Below are positions 18,301 through 27,256 of a stretch of 64,000 bases of DNA, one piece after another (position 1 is the stretch's first letter; each line of letters starts with the position of its first letter). A model generated the notes under the pieces. That model was not told the DNA's origin, made no database searches, and saw nothing but the letters and a program-made list of their open reading frames with translations. Made by a program: the position numbers and the translations under genes. The stretch comes from a virus (Duplodnaviria > Caudoviricetes). Location: IMG/VR virus record IMGVR_UViG_3300023174_000048, positions 32,001 to 96,000 of that record. One strand, written 5' to 3'.

Positions 18301-18854
18301 GCACTGACCCTGGTACACCAACAAATCCTAGTGATTTTCCAAGTTTAATTCCAATAGGATCACAAGATAGAGGAAATAAATTTAATATACCATTTGATAG
18401 TTTAGGTAATACGATGATTACTCCTATATTATTAAATAACGGATCATTGGGATATAAAATTAATTTGATTTGTGCAAATAATCAAAATATAATGATGCCA
18501 CTATGCGATTTAACTCAAGACACAGATTGGATTTATAGTGGAAGTGGTCCTAAATGTAATCCTTTATTAAATAATAATAATTTATGGATGTCTGACGGAT
18601 CAACATTTAGCACTTTCAAGTGTTGTGCTGCTCATTCAGATAGTTATACGTATGTTGGCGGATCTAATGGTTGTCATACTGGAATAGCATGGATTGAACT
18701 ATTAGACATTGATAATAATATAGTGTTAAGTTGCTGTGTTCCTGTTGATACAGTATCATACATATTAACAGATAATGCTAAGTGCTTAGATACACAAAAT
18801 AGTTTACAAAATAATACTTTTGGTCTAGAATTTTTAACTATTACAAATAATTAG
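12309..18854 (+). CDS. giant (2181 aa) Pro/Thr-repeat, Cys-rich probable virion surface protein with FN3-like, vWA-like and permuted FGE-sulfatase domains
   Basis: Several TPTPT tracts; FN3-like LSWFPP...YTFRIRS and FSWTPP...YSFRIRS; MIDAS-like DDSGSM; FGE motifs. Confidence 0.8.
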   Translation: MVDNIKIIGLNPNQSPTPTKSVTPTPTKTPTNTPTNTITPTKSQTPTATPTVTSTVTPTKTATRTPTKSLCVWNGYGQVWLANCNNEKINVRWIRTSNNNNWTGTFNYGSNSITSTITYNANLLNLKNTSCKDLWTVTFNFSCVPYGQSLAYDLPHCSCNSPGIIVISSSASNCMCTTPTPTPTITATNTQTPTPTPTNTQTKTPTPSNTVTPTPTPTTTQTKTPTPSNTVTPTPTITVTRTSGLTKTPTPTPTVTPTTTQCYPDVPTGLLAECGSCESGSLINLSWFPPTSSCLNGFDVQMLVNNTIVYNTYVVAGQNSIGIPLFSDNRTYTFRIRSSSGFGGNNFSQWIEFPGSFTNNICCPTSTPTPTPTPTKNLKCNNSWPNIPSAGVSPGSIIGLTSGAIWAAVSYWKYPFRFIKDRNVTNDQSTNGINFIIGEQILVRVAPFYDVLLGIPGNYIINNIVYNEDYSGMFTADTLYVSCLDTDLTFTDTYVLNFIDESQPNYTDTQYGNLVGNLWPVDVKYFNESVSPSARKFVAAFDIDTNYEVANPSQGWGEIWPSGAVGDIANSLCSLPIPKQNIIQTSRPTPESQNIFLNYVQNQIVNTLQWGTFDEIKSNSPNAKFVLIVDDSGSMTYELVQTALESLKSIILAAGLDCVILTLCKNERWLQWSAYVLNNITTIHDPNFKEDMCNCSLRFEDSDGCSVMVEFTNPYDGSIIRQDGSAASPLQYWSIHPMLSSGNCPAPLDRRDPFDATGITILSYRISNLISPVPGGSSSDTDNINITAKLKCKNGTFMLDVVSDYAFWETCTGGTSSSDHAYLYWDNIEIPVNGLGYPDGVVNLGDPTRAETCFNQDIELKPYDNINIKFTYIGTDIIPNNPCEPYRNSANFNSSADWGGQNGNITTVGTNGSPSYYGTYDQSGNVNEWIDGIGEKLVRGGGYPGLLSNQNSANRGQRRQTFNSSQGSLGFRVASSSPGPSLVKIGNPGNINDSTGYGAVAVDYYIGKYEITNSDYIEFLNAVAKQDTHYLYNSQLETNIRSGIVRQGIDSNYFYSAKDNMCNKPINFVSWFNAARYCNWLHNGKPTGPQNSNTTEDGAYSLSSIDSDNPIIYKNNNAKYWIPTENEWYKAAYYSPVKRGVNSPGYYTYSTQSDTEPSSISANSVGNGNARISDYTCSVPTITATPTPTSTVTPTPTQTLPDNLMRINNLSFCEDNSEIGAAIIVTWNIINSDINLNQIYCLAYQKYPGDDWTYYKSLNGNIKYYTINGSEIKITQNFNMFGGPDIIPYGIRLVLVPNELAYNFVFSLNETDTTGCLVSEAFNSSLLCFTPTPTSTVTPTPGLTRTPTPTPTPTSMSKSCYSVKDVCCCIYSTQEDNNILNGLLTWTPIDSTCKFDRYQIAQYDSITNIWRMLFSLDRSYNSCPIQISTNMLYSKFRIKPINITYGLVGDWVESKDISSTGPICNGDSCDNKVSVYNVSAQCNCGVIGTESSNNQSSILDNSILVNFKCNDNDITAFTIDYIASSSQNYYQPETKFSFPIESKLLTDTISSNVLELEYNNQFKKSIITSYSYITINNIKYNIISSNIFIDKVVINISQRVNISAGSIVFVEQWATAGLIDQSMTIENLTRNSDNSISFKARPNTSNQFIIFDPCLPTIRIGALGIDRSINGFQQQLDSLKTIANTTLCTNDMAVAAPIDLTIQCDKINNQSTVLFSWTPPTDINGITTYQLDAYNPSFGWYSDTAGYMDQIVWKNRYPIRDPYDNTFEISVIGRNNIPNKMALLSSEFGTNLNLNYSFRIRSLNEYTGEYSSWSNVIAGINPFKCWDHGIHISDIMVGDEGFSDKSRQFTITFDQNIGCWKNFQYKTYNPNTVSSAQWIDVKTQTSATTDCSQFITNVIIPDVDSSICFKFYSVDSGGNTVETSNEYCLSVPPVIPPIIDPPPPVCPDTVLSSIRVMYSNTNGKGPCGGGHNCNRAQFILSINDIFIGNVNLNNAGGGTDPGTPTNPSDFPSLIPIGSQDRGNKFNIPFDSLGNTMITPILLNNGSLGYKINLICANNQNIMMPLCDLTQDTDWIYSGSGPKCNPLLNNNNLWMSDGSTFSTFKCCAAHSDSYTYVGGSNGCHTGIAWIELLDIDNNIVLSCCVPVDTVSYILTDNAKCLDTQNSLQNNTFGLEFLTITNN
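12901..13020 (+). repeat. 60-nt tandem duplication in Pro/Thr tract
   Basis: 12901-12960 and 12961-13020 are near identical (3 mismatches over the 48-nt core). Confidence 0.85.
15861..16327 (+). repeat. identical 32-nt dispersed repeat (15861-15892 and 16296-16327)
   Basis: ACTCCAACCCCCACATCAACAGTAACTCCAAC occurs twice, flanking one about 130-aa domain. Confidence 0.8.
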
Positions 18855-18864
18855 GAATGTAATT

Positions 18865-21800
18865 ATGTCAATTTATGATAATGTGTTTTTTGAAGGTTTC
18901 AGTATACGAGATGATCAAAATATTATTCGTTTAGATCCATACTATTGGACTACTAATACATTATATACTAATGATCAATTATATGGACTAGACTCTGGCG
19001 ATTCAGGATTTATATTCCAAGCTTATGATGAAAATTTACGAGGTCAAAATTATATAACATTACAAAATTTTAAACAAATACCAAATTATTTTTCTTTGTA
19101 TTTTTGGACTAGTGGATCACTAATGCCTAAAAAAGTATTAAGAACAGTTATTAATGGCTATCCTCAATATGAATATCCTTCTTGGAATATTTTAACATTA
19201 TGGTCTAGTAGTGGTCCAGTTACACTTACTGTTGTTCCTGTTTATAGTTATGATCCTGCTGGTTGTTTAGAAAATTTATATTATAATCTTGTTGTTAATT
19301 TTGGAGCATCCACTTTTACTTATAATTTAAATCTAAATAATGAGATTAATGATCTTGCAATAGGCGGATTGAACTTTATGTCTTATATGAATGTATGGAA
19401 TTGTCAAGATAATTTTAATGCTTCAATACTTATTTTAAATTATGATATAGTTATTGAAAATAATCAACTGCGTATTTACATATCAAATCCATGGAGTAGC
19501 AGAGATAAAAAACCATTAGTAGATAGTCAAGGAAATGATTATATCAATGTAGACTCTAATAATGAAATTTTTGGAATAACATTTTATAATAATAAAGTTG
19601 CTGCTAATGAAATAGATACAGGATCACCACCTACTGTATTATATAATGTTATTGTTAATGCTCCTTTTTTAAGTAATACAATAAATAAATATCGTGTTAA
19701 AAATAATAAAGGAAATAAAGTAAAATCAAGTATTGATTCATGGCGATCTATAATAGATAAAAATAATACTAGCAATAGTAGTATTGTAAATTCATTAATT
19801 AATAAGGATACTAATTTTATTTATCCGATTGTAAAACCAGCAATATTAAAATTTGAAGATGATACTGGCACACCTGGACTAGATGGTTTAGAACCTCCAG
19901 TAGTTGGAGATGTAATTAAATCAACAAAAATTATTAATCTATTAAAGCTCAATACTCTTCCAGAAGATGAAACAACATGTTTTACTAACATATTAGATGA
20001 TGGAACTAAAATATATCCTCTTGGAGATACTAAATATTTATCTCCATCTAATGATTATTCTACACTTACTAGTATAGTTCCAAATAATCCGTCTACAAAC
20101 CTTGAATGGTCAGTAGATGATTTAAATAATATGAAATTTGGATTTATTTATCCAAGTGGGGCTTTAAAATGCTCTCCTGCTACAAGATATTCATTGTTAA
20201 ATATAATACCACAAAAAACTAAACTTAATTGGTTAGAGCCAGATTGTTTTTCTACTCTAGGAGTTAATAGTCAAGAATTTCAAGTATCATATGATTGTGG
20301 AAGCACATGGAATACAGTAAATTATGGAGTAATAAATAAAGAATTATTAAATGTTCCATATGCAGATTGGCCAAAAGCATTATATGAGCTATCTACTTTG
20401 GCTGATTATAATCCTCCATCTCCTCAAACAAATTGTGGACAAAATCCAACTCGCTACCGAATGAGATATGCTGATCTAAGCAAAAAATGTTCATATGGAG
20501 AATGGGTAGATTTCACTTTGTTCAATATTCCAACTCCCACTCCAACTAAAACACCAACTAAAACACCAACGCCAACACTAACTCCATCATCAACAAAAGT
20601 ATTAAATTGTTTTAATATAATAACACAGCCTACAGATCAATTTTTAAATCAATCAGATGGATCAACTGCAACTTTCCAAGCAACTTTAAGTTCAGAAGCG
20701 CTTAGTAAAATTGGACTTTTTCCTGATGGTTGGAACTATGGGAATAATCATATGGTATGGGAGTTCTGGTCCCCGCTAGATGGATATTGGCTCCCTGTTA
20801 ATCTTATATGTTCTGCTGTTGATGGATATTTTTCAGCAATTGATGGGGGTAATTATTATGATAACTGTAATGCTCCATATCCTCTTAATGACACAGATTC
20901 TTTAACTATAACATATAAAGCAAGTGATATTCCTCCAGGGGGCACAGAACCTTTAGTATGGAGTAATGTTGCTATCCGTAGAGGAGGTTCGCAACTTGGA
21001 AGTATATATGATATAAGTTTTAGATTAGCAATAGCTTTTAATACTCCAGTATACTTTCCAGGATATGGGAATCAGAATGTATGTTATTCAAATGTTGTTA
21101 AACTTTTAAGAAGTCCCGCTACTCCAACACCAACACCAACAAGAACACAAACACAAACACCGACTAAATATTTAACAGCAACACCAACAAAATCAACAAC
21201 TCCAACAAATAGTATAACACCTAGCATAACAAACACACCCACTATAACTTCAACACCAACAGTAACTCCAACATCAACTCAGCCAGGATCTCTTCGTAAT
21301 GCTATTATGATGCCGGATATTAATGGTATAAATGTAGAGTGGATTAGCCCATATAATGACAGCTCAACTATTGGTTTTAGAATAACTGCTATTTATGTTT
21401 ACGGAAATGGACTATCTACAAATTATGCACAACATTCATATATTGATGTTTTAATTGGAGATGCTGGTCTTAACAACTATTGTACTAATCTTATATTAGA
21501 AAAAGGATCAGATAATTGTTGGTCATATAATATTGGAGGAGTTAATGATCAAAATGTTCTTTATTTAGTAACTGTAACTCCAATAACAGCTAATGGACCG
21601 GCATATGTTAAAGGGGTTTATGCTCGTGTAACACAGAGTTTTTGGGATACTCATCCATCATATCAAGAAAGAATACATAATGTTAGTGATATTATTTATA
21701 GTAATGCAAAGGCTATGGTAAGCAATCCTTTTGGAACATGGGACTATAATAGTAGTCTCGTTAATTATTATAATCATGATATATATACAGTTCCTGGGGA

Positions 21801-23877
21801 TTTTGCATTTGTGGCCGTAGAACCAACGCCAATCCCAACAACTTCTAATACTCCAACTACAACACCAAGTACCACTCCAACAAGAACCCCAACCAACTCT
21901 GTTACTCCAACCAACTCTGTTACTCCAACACCAGGATTAACAAAAACACCAACACCATCAATAACTAAAACTCAAACTCCAACTAATAGCGCAACACCAA
22001 CAACGGGTTTAACTCGTACACCAACCCCAACTACTAGTCCAACAACAACACCTACTAATAGCATAACACCAAGCATAACAAAAACAAAAACCCCAACGCC
22101 ATCATTTACAAGTACTCCAAGAATAATTATTATTCCATTAACAACACCAACACCAACAAACACTCCAACAAACACAACAACTCCTACAAAAACGCCAACA
22201 AGTTCAGTAACTCCAAGTAATACTGTTACAAGAACTCAGACACCGAGTGCTACACAGACTAGAACTCCAACAGGAACAAATTTAATACCAGGAGTATCAT
22301 TAACTCCAACATCAAGTAAAACGCCAACACCAACAGCAACACCCACTAAAACTGCAACACCCACTAAAACAGCCACTCAAACTAGAACACCAACAGTTAC
22401 CCCTTCATCAACTAAAGCCCCATTGCCATCAATAGCATGGGGAGCATATAGTTTTAATATTACAGATGGTTCACTTTCAGCTGGATTTTCTACGACAGGA
22501 GGATTCTATAGATATGATTGTGTTATGGATGAATACGGTAATAAGTTTCATGTTATAGTAGGAAATGAAAGAGAAATAAGAGGAGGATCAATAGTTGTAG
22601 GAAGAGTATATGATATTTTTGTTTCTAGAGATTTTATAACATGGAATAAATATCCTTCAATAAATGAATCAATATCATCAAATGCTGTATTAATTAGTAA
22701 TCCAACCGTTTTTAGTGGTCCAGTTAATCCTAGTGTTAATTTTTCTACACCAGTTGTGTATTTTGCATTAATTAATAAAATTGGTTCTACCGTAACAAAA
22801 CTATGTAGATATGCGTATGGAGATTCTTCATCAACAGTTGAAGCGTCAGTGCCTCTTCAAAATAATGCTTTTCCACCCAATTTTTTTCTTGGTGGCGAAC
22901 GTAGATATACCATATCAACAGCTTGGGGCATGACTGATACCTACCCAAGTGGTAACAATAGAAAAAATTCTATAATAGTAAAATGGGGAATATATAATAG
23001 TCCCACTGGCAATGGAATATTCTCAACTAATGCAGCACAATTTGATTCTGGATACTCTACAACATCAAAAGCACATTTAAGATTTATATCAGAAATTGGA
23101 AATGAAGGCAATACTTATAAGACATTTCTTTTTAGAGATAGCGTTAATGGATTATTAACAGCAGTGAATTATTTAGATCCGAATCTTTCAGAAAATGTTG
23201 ATCAAGATCGAAACTTGTGCAACTCCAATGGACCTTCATCTTCTTATGATTATAATATAATGGATGCTGGATTATCAATAACTTCAACATGGAAATATAT
23301 TAATCCTAATGAATGTAAAAAATATACCAATCCACCACTATATGCTAATATATATAGTTTATATGATCAAAAAAGAAGATTAGATTATCTTGAATCCCCT
23401 CTTCTGCCACATTCTGATATTTGGGGTAAATATTATAATATTAGATATTCTTATGCTTTTGATAATACTATATATGTTATAAGTAATGAATTTTATGATA
23501 TAATTATAACTAAAAAACAAAAATTTACTAAATCATACCAGACTCTGCCTCGCTCATATATTGCAGACAGTCTAGACGAATCAATAACTAAGGATAGAAA
23601 TATAGAATATGGATTTAGTCAAAATCCAAACAATGTTGTTAATTATACATTTAATGCTAATGAATTTTGTGAACAAAATAATTGTTGCAATTGGCCGACA
23701 TCACCAAATAAACCTGGTGCTTGTTATAATTTAGTTAGTAGAGATAGATGCTTTGTTCCAGCTGGATATGTAAGCTCTTATGTAGATCATATATTTTTAC
23801 CACCAGTTTTAATAAATAATACTATTTATATGGTTTCAAAAAACTTTAATACTATTTTTATGGGCACTATACAATAA
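18865..23877 (+). CDS. giant (1670 aa) Pro/Thr-repeat probable virion surface protein
   Basis: PT tracts, including one about 200 aa long, separate beta-rich Cys-containing domains; no signal peptide. Confidence 0.8.
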   Translation: MSIYDNVFFEGFSIRDDQNIIRLDPYYWTTNTLYTNDQLYGLDSGDSGFIFQAYDENLRGQNYITLQNFKQIPNYFSLYFWTSGSLMPKKVLRTVINGYPQYEYPSWNILTLWSSSGPVTLTVVPVYSYDPAGCLENLYYNLVVNFGASTFTYNLNLNNEINDLAIGGLNFMSYMNVWNCQDNFNASILILNYDIVIENNQLRIYISNPWSSRDKKPLVDSQGNDYINVDSNNEIFGITFYNNKVAANEIDTGSPPTVLYNVIVNAPFLSNTINKYRVKNNKGNKVKSSIDSWRSIIDKNNTSNSSIVNSLINKDTNFIYPIVKPAILKFEDDTGTPGLDGLEPPVVGDVIKSTKIINLLKLNTLPEDETTCFTNILDDGTKIYPLGDTKYLSPSNDYSTLTSIVPNNPSTNLEWSVDDLNNMKFGFIYPSGALKCSPATRYSLLNIIPQKTKLNWLEPDCFSTLGVNSQEFQVSYDCGSTWNTVNYGVINKELLNVPYADWPKALYELSTLADYNPPSPQTNCGQNPTRYRMRYADLSKKCSYGEWVDFTLFNIPTPTPTKTPTKTPTPTLTPSSTKVLNCFNIITQPTDQFLNQSDGSTATFQATLSSEALSKIGLFPDGWNYGNNHMVWEFWSPLDGYWLPVNLICSAVDGYFSAIDGGNYYDNCNAPYPLNDTDSLTITYKASDIPPGGTEPLVWSNVAIRRGGSQLGSIYDISFRLAIAFNTPVYFPGYGNQNVCYSNVVKLLRSPATPTPTPTRTQTQTPTKYLTATPTKSTTPTNSITPSITNTPTITSTPTVTPTSTQPGSLRNAIMMPDINGINVEWISPYNDSSTIGFRITAIYVYGNGLSTNYAQHSYIDVLIGDAGLNNYCTNLILEKGSDNCWSYNIGGVNDQNVLYLVTVTPITANGPAYVKGVYARVTQSFWDTHPSYQERIHNVSDIIYSNAKAMVSNPFGTWDYNSSLVNYYNHDIYTVPGDFAFVAVEPTPIPTTSNTPTTTPSTTPTRTPTNSVTPTNSVTPTPGLTKTPTPSITKTQTPTNSATPTTGLTRTPTPTTSPTTTPTNSITPSITKTKTPTPSFTSTPRIIIIPLTTPTPTNTPTNTTTPTKTPTSSVTPSNTVTRTQTPSATQTRTPTGTNLIPGVSLTPTSSKTPTPTATPTKTATPTKTATQTRTPTVTPSSTKAPLPSIAWGAYSFNITDGSLSAGFSTTGGFYRYDCVMDEYGNKFHVIVGNEREIRGGSIVVGRVYDIFVSRDFITWNKYPSINESISSNAVLISNPTVFSGPVNPSVNFSTPVVYFALINKIGSTVTKLCRYAYGDSSSTVEASVPLQNNAFPPNFFLGGERRYTISTAWGMTDTYPSGNNRKNSIIVKWGIYNSPTGNGIFSTNAAQFDSGYSTTSKAHLRFISEIGNEGNTYKTFLFRDSVNGLLTAVNYLDPNLSENVDQDRNLCNSNGPSSSYDYNIMDAGLSITSTWKYINPNECKKYTNPPLYANIYSLYDQKRRLDYLESPLLPHSDIWGKYYNIRYSYAFDNTIYVISNEFYDIIITKKQKFTKSYQTLPRSYIADSLDESITKDRNIEYGFSQNPNNVVNYTFNANEFCEQNNCCNWPTSPNKPGACYNLVSRDRCFVPAGYVSSYVDHIFLPPVLINNTIYMVSKNFNTIFMGTIQ
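21889..21929 (+). repeat. 18-nt tandem repeat (PTNSVT x2)
   Basis: CCAACCAACTCTGTTACT twice, then CCAAC. Confidence 0.8.
22336..22370 (+). repeat. 18-nt tandem repeat (ATPTKT x2)
   Basis: GCAACACCCACTAAAAC(T) twice. Confidence 0.8.
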
Positions 23878-23879
23878 TT

Positions 23880-24248
23880 ATGTTTAATTTTAGTAATCGA
23901 TCATCCAGATGGACAACAGTTAGAAAAGAACATCTTAAAAAAAATAATAGTTGTTGTGGATGTGATAAAAAAGATAAGTTAGAAGTTCATCATATTGAAC
24001 CAGTTCATGTTGATCCAAATAGAGAATTAGATCCTTCAAATTTAATAACATTATGTAAAAGTTGTCATTTTAATATTGGCCATTTAATGGATTGGAGTAG
24101 TTGGAATATTGATGTTATTAGTGATAGTAGGGTGTATTTAAATAAAGTAAAGAATCGACCTTATCAAATAAAGGTTCAAAGCAATGAAAGCTCTAATTAT
24201 TTTCATCGTTGCTTGTGTTGGATACTCAATAGCATTAGCAGGAACTAG
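23880..24248 (+). CDS. HNH endonuclease
   Basis: CCGC, EVHHIEP, NLITLCKSCH. Confidence 0.85.
   Translation: MFNFSNRSSRWTTVRKEHLKKNNSCCGCDKKDKLEVHHIEPVHVDPNRELDPSNLITLCKSCHFNIGHLMDWSSWNIDVISDSRVYLNKVKNRPYQIKVQSNESSNYFHRCLCWILNSISRN
24131..24138 (+). promoter_or_regulatory. GGTGTATT motif
   Basis: Inside the HNH 3' end, about 45 nt before ORF 24184; may be a coding coincidence. Confidence 0.35.
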
Positions 24249-24930
24249 AGATCCAAATATTGGTGATGAACACTATCTAAATTATGGATCTAAATTCAAA
24301 TGTGTTGTTGCTATATGTGGAACAGAGGACGACGATCAGTTGTATTGTGCGTCTGCTGTTGCTATAAAACCTCACTGGATATTAACGGCCGCTCATGTTA
24401 TAAAAAAGGCCAAAACTTGTACAGTGACCATGGGTGATAAAAAAATTAATGTTTCAGTATTCATTCCTCATAAGGAATTTGAGAGTAATAATTTTGGATA
24501 TTATGATATTGGATTAGGTTATTGTGATGAAGATATAGGATTAGATTTTTATCCAGAATTTTATGCAGACTCTGACGAAGTTGGCAAAATTGCCGCATTA
24601 GCCGGTTATGGTATAACTGGAACATTTACTACTGGAGCTAATATAGGGGATCGTCAGAAAAGGGGTGGATCTAATCGAATTATGGGCATTGAGAGACATC
24701 TACTGACCTGTGATTTAAAAGATGGTAATACCCCAATGGAGTTTTTAATAGCAAGCGGAGATAGTGGAGGAGGATTATTTATTGATAAAAAATTAGCCGG
24801 AATTAATTCATGTGTTATGACAACAGATGGACATACTAACTCAAACTATAATGATGAAAGTGGTCATACTAGAATTAGTCAACATATAAATTGGATAGAA
24901 AGTACTATAAATGAGAATGAAAAAAAATAA
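24184..24930 (+). CDS. trypsin-like serine protease (S1) with signal peptide
   Basis: WILTAAHV, YDIGL, GDSGGG; hydrophobic N-terminus. Confidence 0.9.
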   Translation: MKALIIFIVACVGYSIALAGTRDPNIGDEHYLNYGSKFKCVVAICGTEDDDQLYCASAVAIKPHWILTAAHVIKKAKTCTVTMGDKKINVSVFIPHKEFESNNFGYYDIGLGYCDEDIGLDFYPEFYADSDEVGKIAALAGYGITGTFTTGANIGDRQKRGGSNRIMGIERHLLTCDLKDGNTPMEFLIASGDSGGGLFIDKKLAGINSCVMTTDGHTNSNYNDESGHTRISQHINWIESTINENEKK

Positions 24931-25837
24931 AATAGGTTTATTACCATACGTAACAGAAGAACTTCACGGACTATCATCTAGTAGTTCTCAGGAGTATGGG
25001 TGGGAACTGTTAAAATTTAATATACCAGATTTATGGACTAAAACTGATGGAGAAGGAGTGACTGTCGCTGTGGTTGATACTGGCTGCGATCTGGATCATC
25101 CAGACTTAAAAGATAATTTATTAGAAGGAAAAAACTTTGTTGATATAAATCAGCCACCTCAAGATGATAATGGTCATGGAAGTCATGTATCTTCAACAAT
25201 AGCAGCAATTAATAATAGTACAGGAATGGTTGGAATAGCCCCAAGAACAAAAATAATACCAATAAAATCATTAGATGCAAATGGTACTGGAAGTATAGAC
25301 AATATTGCTAAAGGAGTTATATGGGCGGCCGATCAAAATGTGAACTTTATTACAATGAGTTTAGGATCCCCCAGAGGAGTAAGTTCATTAGAGGATGCAA
25401 TTAATTATGCTAATTCTAAAGGTTGCGTTGTATTCTGTGCTGCTGGCAATAGCGGAGAGAATTCAGATATAATGTATCCTGCTAAATATGAACAAACCAT
25501 AAGCATCGGTGCAATAGATGAGAATCTTGATAGAACCAGTTTCACTTGTAGTGGAGAATCATTAGACTTTTTAGCTCCTGGACATAATATTTTAGGATGT
25601 ATTCCTGGAGGAAGATATGCTCTTATGAGCGGAACCAGTATGAGCAACCCTTTTGCTGTAGGATGTGCATCGTTGCTATTAAGCTATAATAAAAAACATA
25701 AAAAGTATACTTTAAAAACTCATAATGATTACATAGAAGTTTTCAAAAGTAATTGTTTTGATTTGAAAAATCCAAGATACAAGGGTATTAAAAAATACCA
25801 AGGATATGGGGTCTTAAATCCATTACAACTATTTTAG
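24911..25837 (+). CDS. subtilisin-like serine protease (S8)
   Basis: VAVVDTG, HGSHV, AAGN, SGTSMS. Confidence 0.92.
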   Translation: MRMKKNKIGLLPYVTEELHGLSSSSSQEYGWELLKFNIPDLWTKTDGEGVTVAVVDTGCDLDHPDLKDNLLEGKNFVDINQPPQDDNGHGSHVSSTIAAINNSTGMVGIAPRTKIIPIKSLDANGTGSIDNIAKGVIWAADQNVNFITMSLGSPRGVSSLEDAINYANSKGCVVFCAAGNSGENSDIMYPAKYEQTISIGAIDENLDRTSFTCSGESLDFLAPGHNILGCIPGGRYALMSGTSMSNPFAVGCASLLLSYNKKHKKYTLKTHNDYIEVFKSNCFDLKNPRYKGIKKYQGYGVLNPLQLF

Positions 25838-26185
25838 ATTTTGTCGATGTAAATAATGTAATTTATAATTTGAATTATAGTTATTATAAGATGGCTTATT
25901 AGGATTATATAGTCTGCGACGATTTTGAGGATTTTCCATCTGCATCCTTTGTCTATTCATTTCTAATTCATATTCTGATTGGTCATGATAATTATCAGAT
26001 AATCTTGATCGTCTCTCGGTATCCATTAAGGATCTAGGATCAGAAAACGGAACACTAGTATTATTAGAGTAATAAAAAAAACTACTCATACTATCACTCA
26101 ACATTTGATTTTCTGGATTATTCCAGTTTTGAGCACTAATATCTGCTGAGAGTAAAATTAAAATAAAAATTGACCTATATAACAT
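25829..26185 (-). CDS. secreted low-complexity hypothetical protein
   Basis: Signal-peptide-like N-terminus; N/S/Y/R-rich. Confidence 0.6.
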   Translation of the reverse strand: MLYRSIFILILLSADISAQNWNNPENQMLSDSMSSFFYYSNNTSVPFSDPRSLMDTERRSRLSDNYHDQSEYELEMNRQRMQMENPQNRRRLYNPNKPSYNNYNSNYKLHYLHRQNLK

Positions 26186-26227
26186 TGGAAATCCAAACTT
26201 GTAAAAGGAAAGTGATCAATACCATTT

Positions 26228-26256
26228 AGTATAATACAAAACACGTTTGAATGCAA
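26228..26256 (-). promoter_or_regulatory. sigma70-type promoter (minus strand)
   Basis: TTGCAT-17 nt-TATACT upstream of ORF 26185. Confidence 0.5.
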
Positions 26257-26314
26257 GCTCTTTGATTTAAAGATTTTATAACTCACCAACCGGCTTATTA
26301 TAGTATTTAGTTTT

Positions 26315-27256
26315 TTATATGATACCTGTTTTTTCTATAAAGCTATTTAATATTTTTAATTGATTTTCTAATTTTACATTATCAAAAAACCATTGTTGTG
26401 CATTGTGTGTGACGAATTGTATTTCTTCTATAGAGATATTTTCAATTATATCTTTTATTTTATTTAAAATATAGCTTTCTTCTTTTTTATTATATATTTT
26501 ATAATATATGTCATCATCAATTATTGTTTTATAGTGATAATTTTCAATTAATGGATTATGAGTTATAATATTTAATTTTTCTCTTAAACATAAATTTTTA
26601 ACCCCAAAATACTCTAAGTCTCTATAACAGATTTGAGCGGCCCCATTGAGACTTAGTCCATATCTATATCCAGAGATATATTTATAGTATGTGTCTTTAT
26701 CTTGATAATCATTTGAATTAGATTTATTAAGTATATGAAAAAAATTATTTTTAGTTAGAACATTAGAATATTGTTGCCTAATTCCATATAGAAGTCCATT
26801 AAAACAACAATTATTTTTTTTATTAGTGATATCTTGATATTTTAATATTCTATTATAGTCATTATAGTTTTCTAAAATATAAAAAGAAGGATGTATAATA
26901 AAATTTTTATTTGCATGTAAATTAAATACATTTGCTGTTAAATTTGATGTAATTCCAAATGCTTTGATATTTAATTTATCTATTGCAGAGTCATGCTCTA
27001 GAATGGCTGGGGCATAGTCTGATAAATTATGTACAAAAGTTTTATTGTTATCAGTTATAATTAAACTGTATATGCTGAAAACAGAAGGCAGATTATTAAT
27101 ATATTCAAAAGATTCATTATGTTGTTTTGCTAAGTCTTTAATGTGAATATATGTTATATCAATTTTTTTATTGACTAAATATTCATGAAATGTTTTGTAT
27201 AGTTCTCCAACATACCAATTAGACTGGTATGGGTCATATGATATTGTTATAGTCAT
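26315..27256 (-). CDS. putative GT-B glycosyltransferase
   Basis: C-terminal YRYGLSLNG....CYRDLEYFG resembles the GT-B donor-binding region. Confidence 0.55.
   Translation of the reverse strand: MTITISYDPYQSNWYVGELYKTFHEYLVNKKIDITYIHIKDLAKQHNESFEYINNLPSVFSIYSLIITDNNKTFVHNLSDYAPAILEHDSAIDKLNIKAFGITSNLTANVFNLHANKNFIIHPSFYILENYNDYNRILKYQDITNKKNNCCFNGLLYGIRQQYSNVLTKNNFFHILNKSNSNDYQDKDTYYKYISGYRYGLSLNGAAQICYRDLEYFGVKNLCLREKLNIITHNPLIENYHYKTIIDDDIYYKIYNKKEESYILNKIKDIIENISIEEIQFVTHNAQQWFFDNVKLENQLKILNSFIEKTGII

Noticed and set aside
12351-22420. CRISPR array
   Set aside because: The repeats are in-frame Pro/Thr codon repeats without unique spacers, and no cas genes are present.
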